Shown here one piece after another: positions 1 to 15,150 of a stretch of DNA of 64,000 bases (position 1 is its first letter; the number at the start of each line of letters is the position of its first letter). A model generated the notes under the pieces. That model saw nothing but the letters and a program-made list of their open reading frames with translations. It searched no databases and was not told where the DNA came from. The position numbers and the translations under genes are program-made. This DNA comes from Chrysomallon squamiferum (Eukaryota > Animalia > Mollusca): contig CM022677.1 of assembly GCA_012295275.1 (NCBI GenBank), forward strand, positions 21,700,001 to 21,764,000. The letters are read 5' to 3'.

Positions 1-388
1 TAAAATATTTCTTTTCATTATTGTTATGAAAGTTAACTAGCACTATACGTTTAATATAAGAACGAAGTAAAACATTTAAATTTCTTATATTATAATCAAT
101 TGTTTTCTAAAAATGTGTTTAAAGTATAACAGTTTAAATTATTATTATTATTATTATTATTATTATCATCATCATCATAACTTTTTTGACATACCGATGG
201 ACTATAGAATTTTATTTATAATATAAAAATTGAATTTACACTATACTATATCATAATGACAACAGGAAATATGTGTTCAGTTTGTTAATGGTTGTGTTAT
301 TCTTTACTGTTTATTCATGTTCATTTGTTTATTATGTTAATTATTGTTCTTGTTCTTGATTTTTAGTTTTAGTTTTTTTGTTTTACAG

Positions 389-432
389 GAGACTTTAAAC
401 AATTCATAAACAACACTGGCTCAAAATTGTGA
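389..432 (+). CDS. Probable terminal coding exon of an upstream gene, (G/R)DFKQFINNTGSKL*, ending in the PTS1 tripeptide SKL
   Basis: Long T-rich tract and TTTTACAG acceptor ending at 388. The phase-1 frame is open to TGA at 430-432 and ends Ser-Lys-Leu. AT-rich UTR-like sequence follows. Upstream exons are outside the window. Confidence 0.45.
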
Positions 433-3339
433 AGTTAAAAACTTATTTTTTTTTATGAAAAAGAAGAAGAAGAAAGAAACCTGTTTGCTGTCATCTTTGA
501 AAGAGGAGACAGCTGCTTCTTGGGATGATAACTGAATAACATTAGCAGGGAGGATATATGATAATATTCAAGGGGGGAAACGTAAAATTCATGGCAGGCA
601 TCACCTAGTATTGAATAATGGTTGTGAATGTGGGAAACAATAACTGTAATGGAAGCAGAAATTGATGATTTGAAGGGGAGGTAACTTAATTGCAACGGGG
701 AGACAACTGGGAGAGGACAATGTGCCTGTTTGACTATGTTGATAGTGTAAATGCCTATGTTGAAGGATTTTCATAACGAAGATTTTGAATAGATAAGCAT
801 AAATCTTCTTTTCTTTTTTTTTTCTTAATAACTCATCAGAATATTTATTATGACATATTTATGGTGTGTCCATACATTTATTTATAAAAATGTTTCATAT
901 ATAAAATGTATCAAGGGGTCAAAGTTTAGTGTGTATTAATTATGGTTTACAATGTTTCGTGTCGGATGAGGTTCAAATTTAGTTCAAAAAGTTGGTAAAC
1001 TGAACTTGGTTTCACATAACATAAATAAAATTAAAATAGTTTCTGTGTGAAGGGATCAATATTTGATACATTTAATAAACTGTTTATGGTTTAACAAAGA
1101 GAATACAATATTTATAATGTATATAAAAGGCTGGAATCAAAATTTAGTTTATATAGAATGCTGTTTTTGTAAATTGATGATCATTTGATAAATATATTTG
1201 TAATTTTTATAAAGGCATGTCTCAGTATTCTTTACATAGCTCTTTTAGTCAATGAATCGAGCATGTTATAAATATTAGAATATGTACTATATAATAATGA
1301 ATATCTAGATGAGTTTAAAAGTTATAATAAACAAGTTAGACATTCTTGTTAGACATAAATATTAGAATATCTGGAATTTTTCATATAGCCAAATATGAAA
1401 ATTCATTTTAGTATGTGAATCAGTATCTAGACTATTTCTGACTTCTTGTATATGGATGTGTGAGGATTGATTTAAAGTAAAATGTCACTTTAGTCAGTAA
1501 TTACTGGTTTCAGATTCATTTTGTGTAAAATAAGTCCTGGTTTGATGCCTAATATTTATAGTATATCAGTACTACATATGGATGGGTTTAAAAATTCTGT
1601 TATTAAATGATGTTTTCATTATAATAGATGTAAACAATAAAATACTTATATGAACCAAATCAAAATTAGGTAGTTAGATTCAGAGATGTAAACACCAGAA
1701 GATAGTAATATTTTATCAAAACATAACTTTCAGAACAAATATGTCATTTGTATAAAAGGCAATACAAATACCAGAAAATACCATGGCATGAAAATATAAT
1801 TCATGCATAAATACTTTATTTGTCAAAAATATGATTAAAAATACTATAATTTACCTTTGTATCATATAAGTATACCAAAATACAGCAAATGATAACAACA
1901 GTATCAATAACAGAAAACATCACAGTATGAAATACCAGAATAGAAAGCTGTATGAATTGTAACATACCAAAATTTCTTAATAAATAATAATGTGACCAGA
2001 ATATATTTTTTATAAGAAATATGATTTAAATATCAGAATATCATTATTTGAAAAATTACATAGATGCCAGAATATTTATTTGTATGAAGTATGGTTCCTC
2101 AGTACAAATATCTGTATGTTTATCATTACAAGGTTATTGAAATATGCATGTGTTTGGTATTTTGGAAGATTTTAAAATTTAGACAATAATTGTACGGGTC
2201 ACATTTTACCAGGAATAATACGGAAACTGTATCCCAAATTGAATTAAATATTTTTTTATATTTTAAAAATGATTTCAACTAAAACTAAACAGTTCTCTTG
2301 TTTAACACAATTTTAGCAATCAAAAATTTTTTAATTTGCTTGTGTTTTAACTGGTGTGCAGTGTTTTTACTGGTATGCAGTGTTTTTTTCTTTTTTTTGA
2401 CTTTTAGTTTTTTACAAATCAAAATTATTTGCCTTTTAAAACCAAACTTATTTATTTTATCATTTTCATGTTAGTAGCACACTTATTTGGTTGTTTATCA
2501 CAAACTGTTACTAAGTTACTATTGTTAAAATAAGAACACTAAATGTGACTAACTAAATGTCATCGTTCATTCTGTAATAAGAAAAACCAGTGAAAAATGT
2601 TTACATGTTAAATATGGTGAAGGGAACAATATTGCTTAAATATTGTCATAAATTTTCAATGCCAATTTCTTCTTTAGCTATGCCTTTGGGTATAAACTTA
2701 ACATATTTGCAAATGATTGTTTTATTGTTATTGTTACTGTTCTTGTTATTTTTTTATTACTAATTTATGATTATTATTATTATTATTATTACATTTTTTA
2801 ACGTATATTTAGTTTTGTTAACAAACATTATGGGTAACTGCAGATATCTTGTCATGTATCTTTCAATAATACATACCTGGTTATACAAACATTATTATTT
2901 ATTTAATATATTTGTTCTACCAGGAGTTTGAGCAGTAGTAGGGTTGTATACTTGATAATAAATATGCCTGAAAGTATTTAAACATTTACAAATACTTTTC
3001 ACTGTGGAAAGCTCAGAGCTCAGAAATTCTTAAATACTTTCAAATTCAAACAGAAATATTTTTAACCTCATGTCTGCTCCTGATGAGAGAGATGTATGTG
3101 TGTATATATATATAAATATTTTCCACTTATTGTATTAAATCTTTATTTTATTTTTTTTTGTTTCTTTATTTCATTGTTTATTTGTTCATTTACTGGTAAA
3201 GTGTACATGTGGTAATGCATATGTAACACACATTTTAAAGCTGCTGCTTTAGTACATTCGTCCTGTTTTCACAAATAAATTAATTTTAATGCTTCATAAA
3301 GGCAGGGATCAAAGTGTACTTTGTTAATGTGGTGTTACA

Positions 3340-4330
3340 GAAGTACAATTTGGATATTTTAAGTGTAGTGTTTTTTTTTTTTTGTTTTTTTTTTTCTCTG
3401 TCTAAAAGTTATGATGACAAAACGAAACAAAACAAAATTTGGATATTTTAAAATTGATGGATTGTTATATGTATCAACTTAAAATGTAAGATGGTTAAAC
3501 AAAGAAATTTTGGATAATACCAAAAGATTGTTGATATTTAAAATGTAGTTTTTATCACACATCTTAAACTGTAACATGATCTGCAAGTACATTTCTCATA
3601 TTTTAAATCTGGTTTCATTATTTTATTCTTAAAATGTAAGATGATTATACTAGTCAATTTTGGAAATTATAAAAAAGTTTTTAAAATGTACGACAGTACA
3701 TGAGTAAATTTGAGGTTTTAAATGTGGTTTTTGTTTCTGTATTCTTAAAATGCAAGATTGTTTTACAATACATTTTTGGTATAAACAATGTTTTAGATCT
3801 GTTATTATAAGATGTAACGTAATGCACAAGTACATATAGAATGTACATTTTCAATATTTTCAAATGTGGAGTTAAATCCATCTTAAAATGTAACATGATT
3901 AGCAAGTACATTTAGTATGTGTTTATCTATGTTAAAATGTTACATGGTTATACAAATAGATTTTGGAAGTTATATATAGTGGTTTTATATCTATTGTCTT
4001 AAACTGTAAGATCATACACAAGTCAATTTTGGATATTTTAAATGTGTTTTTTTGTATCAATATTCCTTTTTATAAAATGCAACATGGTTAGACAAGTAAA
4101 TTGTGGATATTAGAAAATGATGGTTTTATATCTATCATTTTAAAATGTAAGATGATGTTTCAAATGTGCAGTTTGAATATTTTCAGATGTGCATTCAACA
4201 CGTATATTTTGGTTATTTTAAATGCGATTTTATATATATCATCTTGAAATACAACTTTGTTTACACAAGTTCATTTGAATATTATAAAATGATGGTTCTA
4301 AAATCTATTGTCTTAATATACATAACTTAG
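3340..4330. repeat. Degenerate ~55-60 bp tandem repeat
   Basis: Recurring TTTGGATATTTTAAA and TCTTAAAATGTAA(G/C)ATG motifs at roughly regular spacing. Confidence 0.6.
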
Positions 4331-5719
4331 TGATAAGCAAAAACATTTCGACAATTTCCAGATAATTCTTTTATTTATTAGTTAGAGTACAAATGTATTT
4401 GTATTTTATGACCAACATAGATTTTTTTACATGTACATCAAAATGACCACTTTTATGTTTCATTTTATAACCACACCAGTAAGGTGATTACAAATGGACT
4501 TTGTTTTATTATTACCATGCCATGCTAACTTATTATAATATTCATGATAATAAAGCATGTTAAAAATACACTTTGTTCAGATTGCTGGAGCGTGTTATTG
4601 TGAGAGAGAGAGAGAGAGAAAGAGAGATATTGAAAACCTTAGGTCTGAATGAACTAAATACCTCTTAATCATACCAAATCAGGAAAAAGGAATGTTAAAT
4701 ATTAGTAAGTTAAAAGAAATCAATGAAATTTACCTCAAGTAAACATTAAAGAGGTGATTTGAAACATTCAAGCCGGTAGGAAACCCTACAATATTTTATT
4801 TTATTTTTATTGTTTTAACATGTTTAAGAGAAATATATTTTAGTTGCACACAAACTTCCTAGAGACTTTCATTCAGCTGCTGTTAAGAAACAAATGTGAA
4901 CAGAAATGGGCAAAATGTACTCAGTTTTTCAAGTGCAATACCAAAAGATAGCCAAAACAGGTGTAGCATTTATTTATTTATTTTTTTTTTTTTTTTTTTT
5001 TTTGTTACTGTATGGCAGCCAGTTCTGCTTTATTCTTTGAGTGCTCATCACAGAGAGGTTCTACATCTTGACAGTTGTTGGCTCATTTCATTTTATATTT
5101 TTTAAACATTTTTCATAGAAATTTTCAAATATTGGTGAACGACACAAACAATGTAATGGTAATAATAACCTTAAGGACTTAGAATTCAAAAAGTAATAAT
5201 GGATTTTCATCTTATTTCAAAATCTTGACAATTTCTTCACTTTTTCACATTACCAGTTTCAACCTCTGATACATTCAAAAGTTGTTCTAGAGCTCTTTTT
5301 AGCAGAACTATTCTCATAGCAATTTTTTTTTTTTTTCTCTGTTAAGTACAACATGCATAGGAAGATAGTTTTCATTATTTGTTCTTATGGTCCTGACCAT
5401 TGCTTTATAAAATCTGTACTGGTTCATGAAATGTTTATCAAAAATAAGAACAGTGTTTTTAAAGGCACTGTCTGGTATTAAAAAATACATATCCAAAGAT
5501 TTTGAATAGATGAGTTAATATTTTATATATATCCATTTTACTCTTTATTTGTTTGTTTCTGTTTTTATCAGTGGGATAAATGTTCTTCATCTTACATGAT
5601 AAAATAATATTTTGTTGAATTCAGAAATGATTTTGTGGAAGCATGCTATTTATTTTTGAATCCATCAATTTTATCTTAAGAGTATTCTAAAGGTGGTATA
5701 ATCTAAGGAATTAGAAATA

Positions 5720-6560
5720 GGTGTATTCAAGCAATCTCTTAATAGCTCCAGATTAATATAATTCTGACCATTTTTTTTTATAATCTTTTACTGATACATA
5801 GTGGACTTGTTTTCACCTCATTTATCTAGTGATTTATGGTTATGTAATGATGATTTTTAACTGATAGATTAATGATTTATTTTGATGTTTAATTTTTAAT
5901 AGTTTCTGATTAAAATTATTTGTTATGTTTTTTTATTGATACATTAGTTGACTTCTTTTGGTGTCATTTATCTCAGTGATTGTGGTTTTGTAATGATTTT
6001 TACTGATAGATTAGTGACTTATTTTGATTGTGCTTAATTCTTAATAGCTCCTGGTTATAAGTACTCTCAGCATTTGTTATAATCTTTTCTTACTCGTACA
6101 TTAGTCAACTTCTTTTGATCTTGTTTATCTCGACAATCTTTGGCTTTGTATTGACATTTTTGCTGATAGATTAGTGATTTATTTTGATCTTGTTTAGTTC
6201 TTAATAGTTACTGATTAAAATTATTCTGAGTATTTGTTGTAATGTTTTCATACTTACATATTAGTAGTCTTATTTTGATCTGAATTAACTAGTAGTTCCT
6301 GTTTTTGTTTTCATTTAACTGTTTTGTTACTGACATATCAGGTGACTTATTTTGATCTTTTTTACTTCTTAATAGTGCCTTATTAAAATTATTCTGAGCA
6401 TTTGTAATAATGTTTTCATATTAATAAATTAATAGACTTAATTTGATCTGATTTAACTCTCAGTAGTTCCCTATTTTGTTACTGATAGATTAGTGATTTA
6501 TTTTCATCTTGTGTAATTCTTAATAGTTTCTGGTTTTAAAATCTCTGCATTATTAGGCAG
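5720..6560. repeat. Degenerate ~120 bp tandem repeat
   Basis: Recurring CTGATAGATTAGTGA(C/T)TTATTTTGAT and TTCTTAATAG..CTGATTAAAATTATTCTGAG motifs. Confidence 0.65.
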
Positions 6561-6660
6561 CAGTGATTAAATTGTTTGTCTGATAGTGTTTCACGACCAT
6601 CCTGATTATAATAAGTTATTTGCTTTTGTTTGATTTCCAGTTAAAAAATAATAGTAATAA

Positions 6661-6691
<31 letters not shown>

Positions 6692-6999
6692 ATGAACACA
6701 AGATTATTATGACAGTGACTGCTTATATTATTGTTGATAGATGATCTGAATGAACTTTGTTTTGTTTAATTCTTATTTCTTCCTACAACAATAAGCACTG
6801 CAACACATAACAAAAGCCATGGTATGTTTTACCCACAAAAGTCTTATTGTTATAGTCTAGTAAGATTGGTCTTAATCCATATGTGTGAGACTGTAGCTGT
6901 AAATAAAATATTTTTTGCCAAATAAACATTTCCTTCCATCCTGCAGAACGACAAATATTCTGCAACCTATAGTTGTAATGATTTTAGTAGTCTCGGACG

Positions 7000-9514
7000 A
7001 TTTATCTGCTGTTTTATTTTGTTCTTAGTTCCCCATTAAAATTAGAATAAAGGCCAAGATGGGGTTCTTAGTATTAGTTCACTTGGAATAACAACCATTT
7101 TATTCGTTGTTCACACTTCCTGGTTAAAATGTGAATAACATCAAGACTGGATTCTTAGTGTTCAGGGGAAATAACTATATTATTTCATTTAATTCTTAAT
7201 AGTTCCTAGTTACTTTTAGATGTCTTCTTAATGTCAGGTTAGTTGAATTTATTATTTATTTTATATTTTGTTTGTGGCGCTGATTTATTAGATAAAGTAT
7301 CCTGATTATTAAGACTTGTTTATTCAAAATGCATAAAGCTATAACGTTAGATTTAGGAAAGACATAAAAAAAAAAATATAACATTTTCTTATATCCTTTT
7401 GAACTATTGGTCTAAGAAAATACATAATGCTAATGGTTTTTTGTTTTGTTCTTTTTTTTCTTTTACTTACAGAGTACAGTCATATTCTGCCCTACACTTT
7501 GTTCTGCATATGCCAAAAAAACATTTGAGAAGAAAATCATTCTTTTCCCCTTATTTTGAAGTCTTCTTTAAAAAGAAAACGTTTTCTAAAGACTTCTGCA
7601 AAACACTTTTTATTCAATCATAGATGTGTACAAATTACCTTGTCAGTCAGTTGCACCAGACACACACTAACTATCTTCTAGTTGTAATCTGCACTTTTTC
7701 AATTTTTGGCTATAATTTTCTACTCTTTTTCTTTGGGGGGGGGGGAATTATTTCTTAAAATATCTGAAAAAGTGTTTACTGAAAATGGTCATCCTAATTT
7801 TATAAAACACTCTGTGTTTCCTTGTTATACTTATATCACATATCTTGAAAACAGCCTTTTCATATTATGTAAATAAGAAAAAAGCTCTTACTTCAAGTTG
7901 TGTGTACCACAATTAGGAAATCTCTGTGATCCGTTTCTTCACAGTCAGAAAACTACCTGTAATTTCAAACATCGATTTGTTTCATTTGAACACAAATATG
8001 TGTAATGTTTTTGTTTATTTATTTATTTATTTAATTTTCAGATCATATTGTAATTATAAAATGACATAAATCATTTCAGGTTGAAGACAGATAATTGTTC
8101 TATCAACTTTTACAAATCTACAGACCAGCCAAGATTCTGATAATGTTGACTACACCACCTCACTTCATAGCTAACATAATTAGTCTCACTCTTATCGGAA
8201 TTGAACCAATTGTCCATCTGGAAAACTACTTCTGTAGTCAAAAATTCATACTACTTACAAAATAGGAAAAACATGGTATCATTTTAGCTTTCATTTCTGA
8301 CATATACAAGAGAGATAAAATGCAAAAATATGATTGATTTAATAAGTTAATAAGTTACCTGCATGTAGAACACTACAGACCAGCCAAGATTCTGATAACT
8401 GTTGTCTACCCCACCTCACTTCATAGCTAACATAATTAGTCTCACTCTTATCGGTATTGTACCAATTTTCCATCTGGAAAACTACTTCTGGAAAAATAGG
8501 AAAAACATGGTATCATTTTAGCTTTCATTTCTGACATATACAAGAGAGGTAAAATGCAAAAATATGATTGATTTAATAAGTTAATAAGTTACCTGCATGT
8601 AGAACACATGATTTCAGAAAAAAAACCACATTGACCCCAGCAAATTAATCACCTTTTAGAATAGTGACAATTGTTATTTTATGTGATGGTTTTAACATTT
8701 ATTAGTTTGCTCTATTCTGTATCTAGAAAATGAATATCTGATTATTATTTATTTGTTTAATTTCTTGCTTAAGAGAGTGGCAATATTGAGACTAATGTGT
8801 GATACAATTCATCTTCACATTTATGAGTTTGTTTTGTTCTTTATCTGAAAACAGAGATGTAATTACTATTTATTTATTTAATAAAAAAATCAACATCATA
8901 GTATCCAGCTAATAAATCTTAAGAGAATAACTTTTAATGCAATTCACCTTAACGTTCATTGGTTTGTTTTTCTTTTTATCTGTAAAACCTGTTTTAACAC
9001 AAACACTTAATTACATTTTATTTATTTAATGTTATTAAAAGTATTTTATATCATAAAAAGAGAAAAATTCAGGAATGACTTCTCATAAGTTTTGATTAAT
9101 CTGATGTTTTTGTCAATCATGGTGAAGAATTTCTGTGTTCAAAAAAATAATAATAATTCTATAATGTTTTCTATAGAAGCTGACCTCAGACATTTCTTCT
9201 TGCAAGTTCTTTTTCATACTGAAATCTTTATCACAGTGAAAAAAATATCTCTTATCTTTTCTTCATGATCTACAAAATGTCTGTAATTCTATGCAAGAAA
9301 AAAAAAGACAACAAAACAACAACATCAGACTGTTTTATTTGAGCACAAAATTATATACTTTCATTATCATTAGTAGTAGTATTGGCTACAACTTCATGAA
9401 CATTACCTCACAGTTATACATTAATTTGTACCTGAAGTTGAAACAAAACTATGATGTCAGGGGCTTTTTTCATATTTGTACATACAATTCATGTAATGGG
9501 TAGAAAATAAAATG

Positions 9515-9565
<51 letters not shown>

Positions 9566-11838
9566 CGCATGTAGACTAACATTTACATTTCTTTTTCTGG
9601 GTGGCCCTTGGTGCACAACAAATACAATAAATTAAGGCTTCAGCAAACACATCTGTGTAAGAAAAAATATAAGAAAAAGTCAATACCTCAAGAGCTAATT
9701 TTGTTCTTACACTTGATAATTATGAAAGATTTTTTTTCTCTGATTAGTTTTAAAATGCCTGTAGTTTTGGTAACATATATTTATATATGCAAAAAGGAAA
9801 CCTACTTCAAACACTACTCATCCCTTTTATTTAAGACTTCAGTGAAATTAGTTCACTGGAAATAACTACTATTTTATTAATTTTTAATAGTTCCTTGTTA
9901 ATATGGAAATAACACCAAGATTTGATTCTTGAGGTTCACTGAAATAGCTGCTATTTTATTTAATTTTTAATAGTTCCTAGTCAAAAATGAGAATAATACC
10001 AAGACTGGATTTTTAGTTTAGATCAACAATAACTATATTGTTTCATTTAATTCTAAATAGTTCCAAGTTATTTATAGATGTTGTCTTGATGTCAGGTTAG
10101 TTGAATTTATTATTTGCTTTATATTTGGTTTGTGGCTGTGATTGATTAGATGAAGTATCCTTGATTGTTAAGATTGTTTATTCAAAATATGTAACGCCAT
10201 GTGCAAAGCTTGTGATTACTTGTCTAAATAGACTTGCAAGTTATAATTTTACAAATATTTTTGTTTATTTATATATTTATTTGTTTATTTGTTAACAATC
10301 TTTTATATTGAACTATGGTGTTTATCAATTGTGAAAAATCTATAGATGAACCAAACTGCTAATTGTAATCTACAGCTTTATACTTCTTCGCTAACAGTTC
10401 AGATCCCCGATGCTTTTCTCAGAATATTCTCCATCTTGAAAAATAGTTTTATTTATTACAAATAGGAATCTTACGTTAGATTTGTCAAAGATATAAGAAC
10501 AGAATAGCATTATCTTTCTTTCTTTTCTTCTTTTTATTTTTATATATTTATTTAATTTTAATTTTAATTTTTTTTTTTTTTTTTTATATATTTTTTCTTT
10601 CTCTAACTTCAAACTTCACAACATTACAGGGTGTTTGTTAATTAAATTCTACTAAATGTTTATTTATAGTTACCTATAGACTTGTACTAAATACTTCCTA
10701 TTTGATTTAAATTTATATAAGGATTATTTTTAAACATTATTTGTTTTCATCTTCAAAAATAATAATACAAGTAATATATTTACTTACTCATGGATATATT
10801 TAAACTGTTTCAACAAACACATGGATGAAATAGTTATCTAGTTTATTTCATATTAATTTACATTGAAATAAAATTATATGTAAAAGTGACTTAGAGATTA
10901 ACCAGTTCTCAAAAGGAAATAGAAAACATACATAAACTTCTATCTTCATGAAATACAATTAGAAATAAAACTTTTATTTTATTTTATTTATTTCTTTTTC
11001 TTTTTAAAGGTATTCTTATTATTGTCTGAAACAAATTCACTTTTGATATTATGAAAACTACTGTGGAAATAGTAATGTGTCAAGTTATTCTCCATAGTGA
11101 AAAATACTTATTTTCTTTTAATCTTTGATCATGTCATTGACATTTTTATGTATTAGTTAGCTTTGTGGCAGATGTAAATGAAAATAACATAGATTCAGTA
11201 AGATATCTGTATGTAGAACATAGTGTCCAAAAATACAAAGCCTCATCTACTAAATTGCTCTTTATTCTACAGTGATCTTTCCTCCTTGTAATGTAATTCA
11301 TCTTAACATTTATTGGTGTTTACTTTTGTGTTATTTATCTGCAAAACATTTTTTTTATACATAACAAATATCAAATTATTCTTTATTTATTTATATGTCT
11401 AATTATCTTGACAGTATTTTATATATAGAAAAAATCAGAACAAACTTTTCAGAAATATTTTCAAACAGCTTAGCAATACCTAGATATTTGACAGGAAGAA
11501 ATTTCCATGTTAAAAAATATATGAATAATAAATAAATAAATAAATAAAAACTATTCTCAGAAATTCTGTATATGTTTCAAGTAATACATCTCTCTGGCAG
11601 TGAAGTATTCTGTATGTTCAAGAAATATTTTCTCTAGAAACTCTTCTCAGATATTTCTAGTAATTATTTTGTTTTTCATACTTCATCTTGTTTATCACAG
11701 TGAAGAAATCTGTTTCCTCCATCTCTTCTTCATAATCTGCAAAATGTCTGTAATTTCATACAAAAACAATAACAAAATAACAAAGTGAAACTGTGATTTC
11801 AAAGATTATATACTTTGTTTTTCATTTTCTTTTATTAC

Positions 11839-11850
<12 letters not shown>
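7000..11850. repeat. Old multi-kb tandem duplication (about 7000-9400 versus 9870-11850)
   Basis: Shared blocks in the same order: TGTCAGGTTAGTTGAATTTATTATTT at ~7232 and ~10092; AATTCA(C/T)CTTAAC(G/A)TT(C/T)ATTGGT at ~8941 and ~11295; TTTATCACAGTGAA...CAAAATGTCTGTAATT at ~9227 and ~11691. Confidence 0.6.
8118..8606. repeat. Recent two-copy direct tandem duplication (~240-255 bp)
   Basis: CTACAGACCAGCCAAGATTCTGATAA...GTTACCTGCATGTAGAACAC occurs at ~8118-8373 and ~8373-8606 with few differences. Confidence 0.9.
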
Positions 11851-11881
<31 letters not shown>

Positions 11882-11889
11882 GTCATCGT

Positions 11890-12702
11890 TATTTAGTGTT
11901 GTGTCATGGCTAAGGCTTCACAAATATCTTAGAATGGTATATTGTTTGATTTCATTTTTACCATTCATGCAAAATTCAGATCCCCGAAATTCTCAGTATA
12001 TTCTCCATCTTGAAAAATAGTTAAGTTTTATTTATTTCAAATATGAATTTTATGATGTCATTTATTAGATTTAGCAATGATATAAGAACAGAATAACATC
12101 TTATATACAAGTGAAACAACATACTTCTTATGATCTTTCTTTTTCTTGTTTTGTCTTTTACTCGCACCCTGCCATACAAAACTGACACTGCATCTGATTA
12201 CTTTGTTATCTAAAACTCTGTTGTAACAATAAAACAGATTTAGATATGTCCATGTTGACAGAAAAAGCTGGTATCAATTTTATATTGTGTGAAGATATTC
12301 TCCATTTTGAAAAAAAAATACTTCTATTGTGAACTATTTTGTTTCATCTTTGAGAATATTCTGCATTTGTAAAATGTGTTTTAACAAGCCATCCTAAATG
12401 AATAATATTTAAGTGTACTCTATCTATAAAGACTGTTTCAAAACAAAAGTCTTTGCTTTCTTTCTCCTTATCTTGAAGTATTATGCAAAAAAGTGTTTAC
12501 AGATAATATCCTAAACCTTCATTTGTCATAAACAGGAATTTCATTCCTGCTAGAAATGGTTATCAGAAATGCTTATAACATCTTGTTTTTCATAGTCAAA
12601 CACTTTTTTATCACAGTGAAGAAATATCTTTCCTCTATCTTTTCTGAAACTTTTTATTTGTGTTCAAAGATTATGTACTTTGTTTTTAATTTTATTGTTT
12701 TA

Positions 12703-12770
<68 letters not shown>

Positions 12771-14264
12771 CAATGGAAAATTATCTTTCCTCTATCTTTT
12801 CCTCACAATATACAAACTAATTTCATACTAGAAAAAAGTAAAATATCAATATTAATTCAACACAAATATTAAAAATGTACTTTGTTATTATGTCTTGAGG
12901 AATATTATCTCAGAATGTTCCAAAAACTTCTAACTGAAATACATGCATGACAAGATGTCACAGATTTAGTTCACATTTGCAGACATCTTTCTGTCACACA
13001 CACACACACACTAAATATGGATGTGGTAACCATTTCCCTTGATCATTCATATGATCCTGTCTTTAAACTGATTTTATTATTATTGTTGTTGTTATTATTA
13101 TTTAGTGTTGTGAAATGGCTATGGCTTCACAAATATTATCTTAGAATGGTATATTAAGTCTGATTTCATTTTTACCATTGATGCAAAATTCAGATCCCCA
13201 ATCCTTTTGCCAGGATATTCTCCATCTTGAAAAATAGTTATGTTTTATTTATTAAAAATAGGAATTTTATGATACCACTTATTAGTTAGATTCGGTTTTA
13301 ATATATTTCATAACATACATCTTCTGTCTATTTGTGAATATTTCTGTATCCCCAGAAAACATTTTGTTGAAAGACAATTCTCTTAAATGTCTTATCACGT
13401 CGTTCTATTTTTCTTTCTTTCATTTTCCCCCATATCACAGTGAACAAATCTGTATCCATCATCAGTACTTCAAAATATTAATAACTTTATTTTATTATTA
13501 TTGCTTCAGGAATATTATCTGACTATCTTACATAAATATTTAATGGAAGTAGACTCATATCACCGTTTATCATTTGCAAATATATTCTATCAAACACACG
13601 CACACACAAACAACGGATGTGATAACCATTTTCTTTCATCATCCATATGATCCCGTCTTTAAACAGTGAACAATTTTCTATGCTCCAAACATGTCACAGA
13701 AATGTGTAGCTTGTTGTTTCCATATTTAGAATCGTCTCACTTTCTGATGGTAATTATGATTATTATTATTTCGTATTATTATTATTATTTAGTGTTATGT
13801 CGTTGCTGTGGCTTCTCAAATATTACTTAGAATGGTATATTAAGTCTGTTTTCATTTTTACCATTGATGCAAAATTCAGATCCCCGATGCTTTTCTGAGG
13901 ATATTCTACATCTGGAAAAATAGTTATGTTTTATTTATTACAAATAGGAATTTTATGATGCCATTTATTAGTTACATTTAGCAAAGATATAAGAACAGAA
14001 TAACAATATCTTACATACAATCTTATCTTTATTTCTTTTTCCTTCGTCTTTTACTCATTCAAAATACAATCTCACCCTCCCATACAAATTTCACATTCAC
14101 ACTTACTCTTAGGCATCTAAAATTCTTTTGTAACAATTAAAACAGATTTCTTGTTAATCATTAAAAATCAGTGTATTTAACTAATTGATATCGGTACATT
14201 TTAAAAATTTTGAATTAAATTGTCCAAAATTGTTTCAATATTTCTTTGATTTCTTTGTAATTCC

Positions 14265-14297
<33 letters not shown>

Positions 14298-14941
14298 TTA
14301 TTATTTTTTATAATAGTTTTTTACTAAAATTATAACGAAGTTTCATAACAGTCGATTAAAATAGATCAGAAGTTCATTCCTTCTCTCCATCAATATAAAA
14401 ATACATGGCTACAAAAAAGTACAAGTATACTTTATGTAAAACGAATCTCTCAGTTTTCAGTCTCCCTATCTTGAAGTATTGTGCAAAAATGTGTTTACAG
14501 AAAATATCCTAAGCCTTGAATTGTCATAAATAGCAATTTCATTCTAGAAACGGTTATCAGAAATTTCTTATAACATCTTGTTTTTCATAGTTTAACACTT
14601 CTTTTTCACAGCGAAGAAGTATATTTCCTCTATCTTTTCTGAAACTTTTATTTGAGCTCAAAGATTATGTACTTTATTTTTATTTTGTTTTATTATTATT
14701 ATTATTTTTTTATTATTATTATTATTATTATTAATAATATTATTATTATTATCATTATTGTTTTCATGTTTTTATTGTTATTATTATTATTATTATTATT
14801 TAGTGTTATGTCATAGCTGTGAATTCACAAATATTATCTTAGAATGGTATATTAAGTCTGTTTTCATTCTTACCATTGACGCAAAATTCAGATCCCCAAT
14901 GCTTTTCTGAGCATATTCTCCATATGCAAAAATAGTTATGT

Positions 14942-14975
<34 letters not shown>

Positions 14976-15116
14976 TAGTGTTGTGTCATAGCTGTGGATT
15001 CACAAATATTATCTTAGAATGGTATATTAAGTCTGTTTTCATTCTTACCATTGACGCAAACTTCAGATCCCCAATGCTTTTCTGAGCATATTCTCCATAT
15101 GCAAAAATAGTTATGT

Positions 15117-15150
<34 letters not shown>

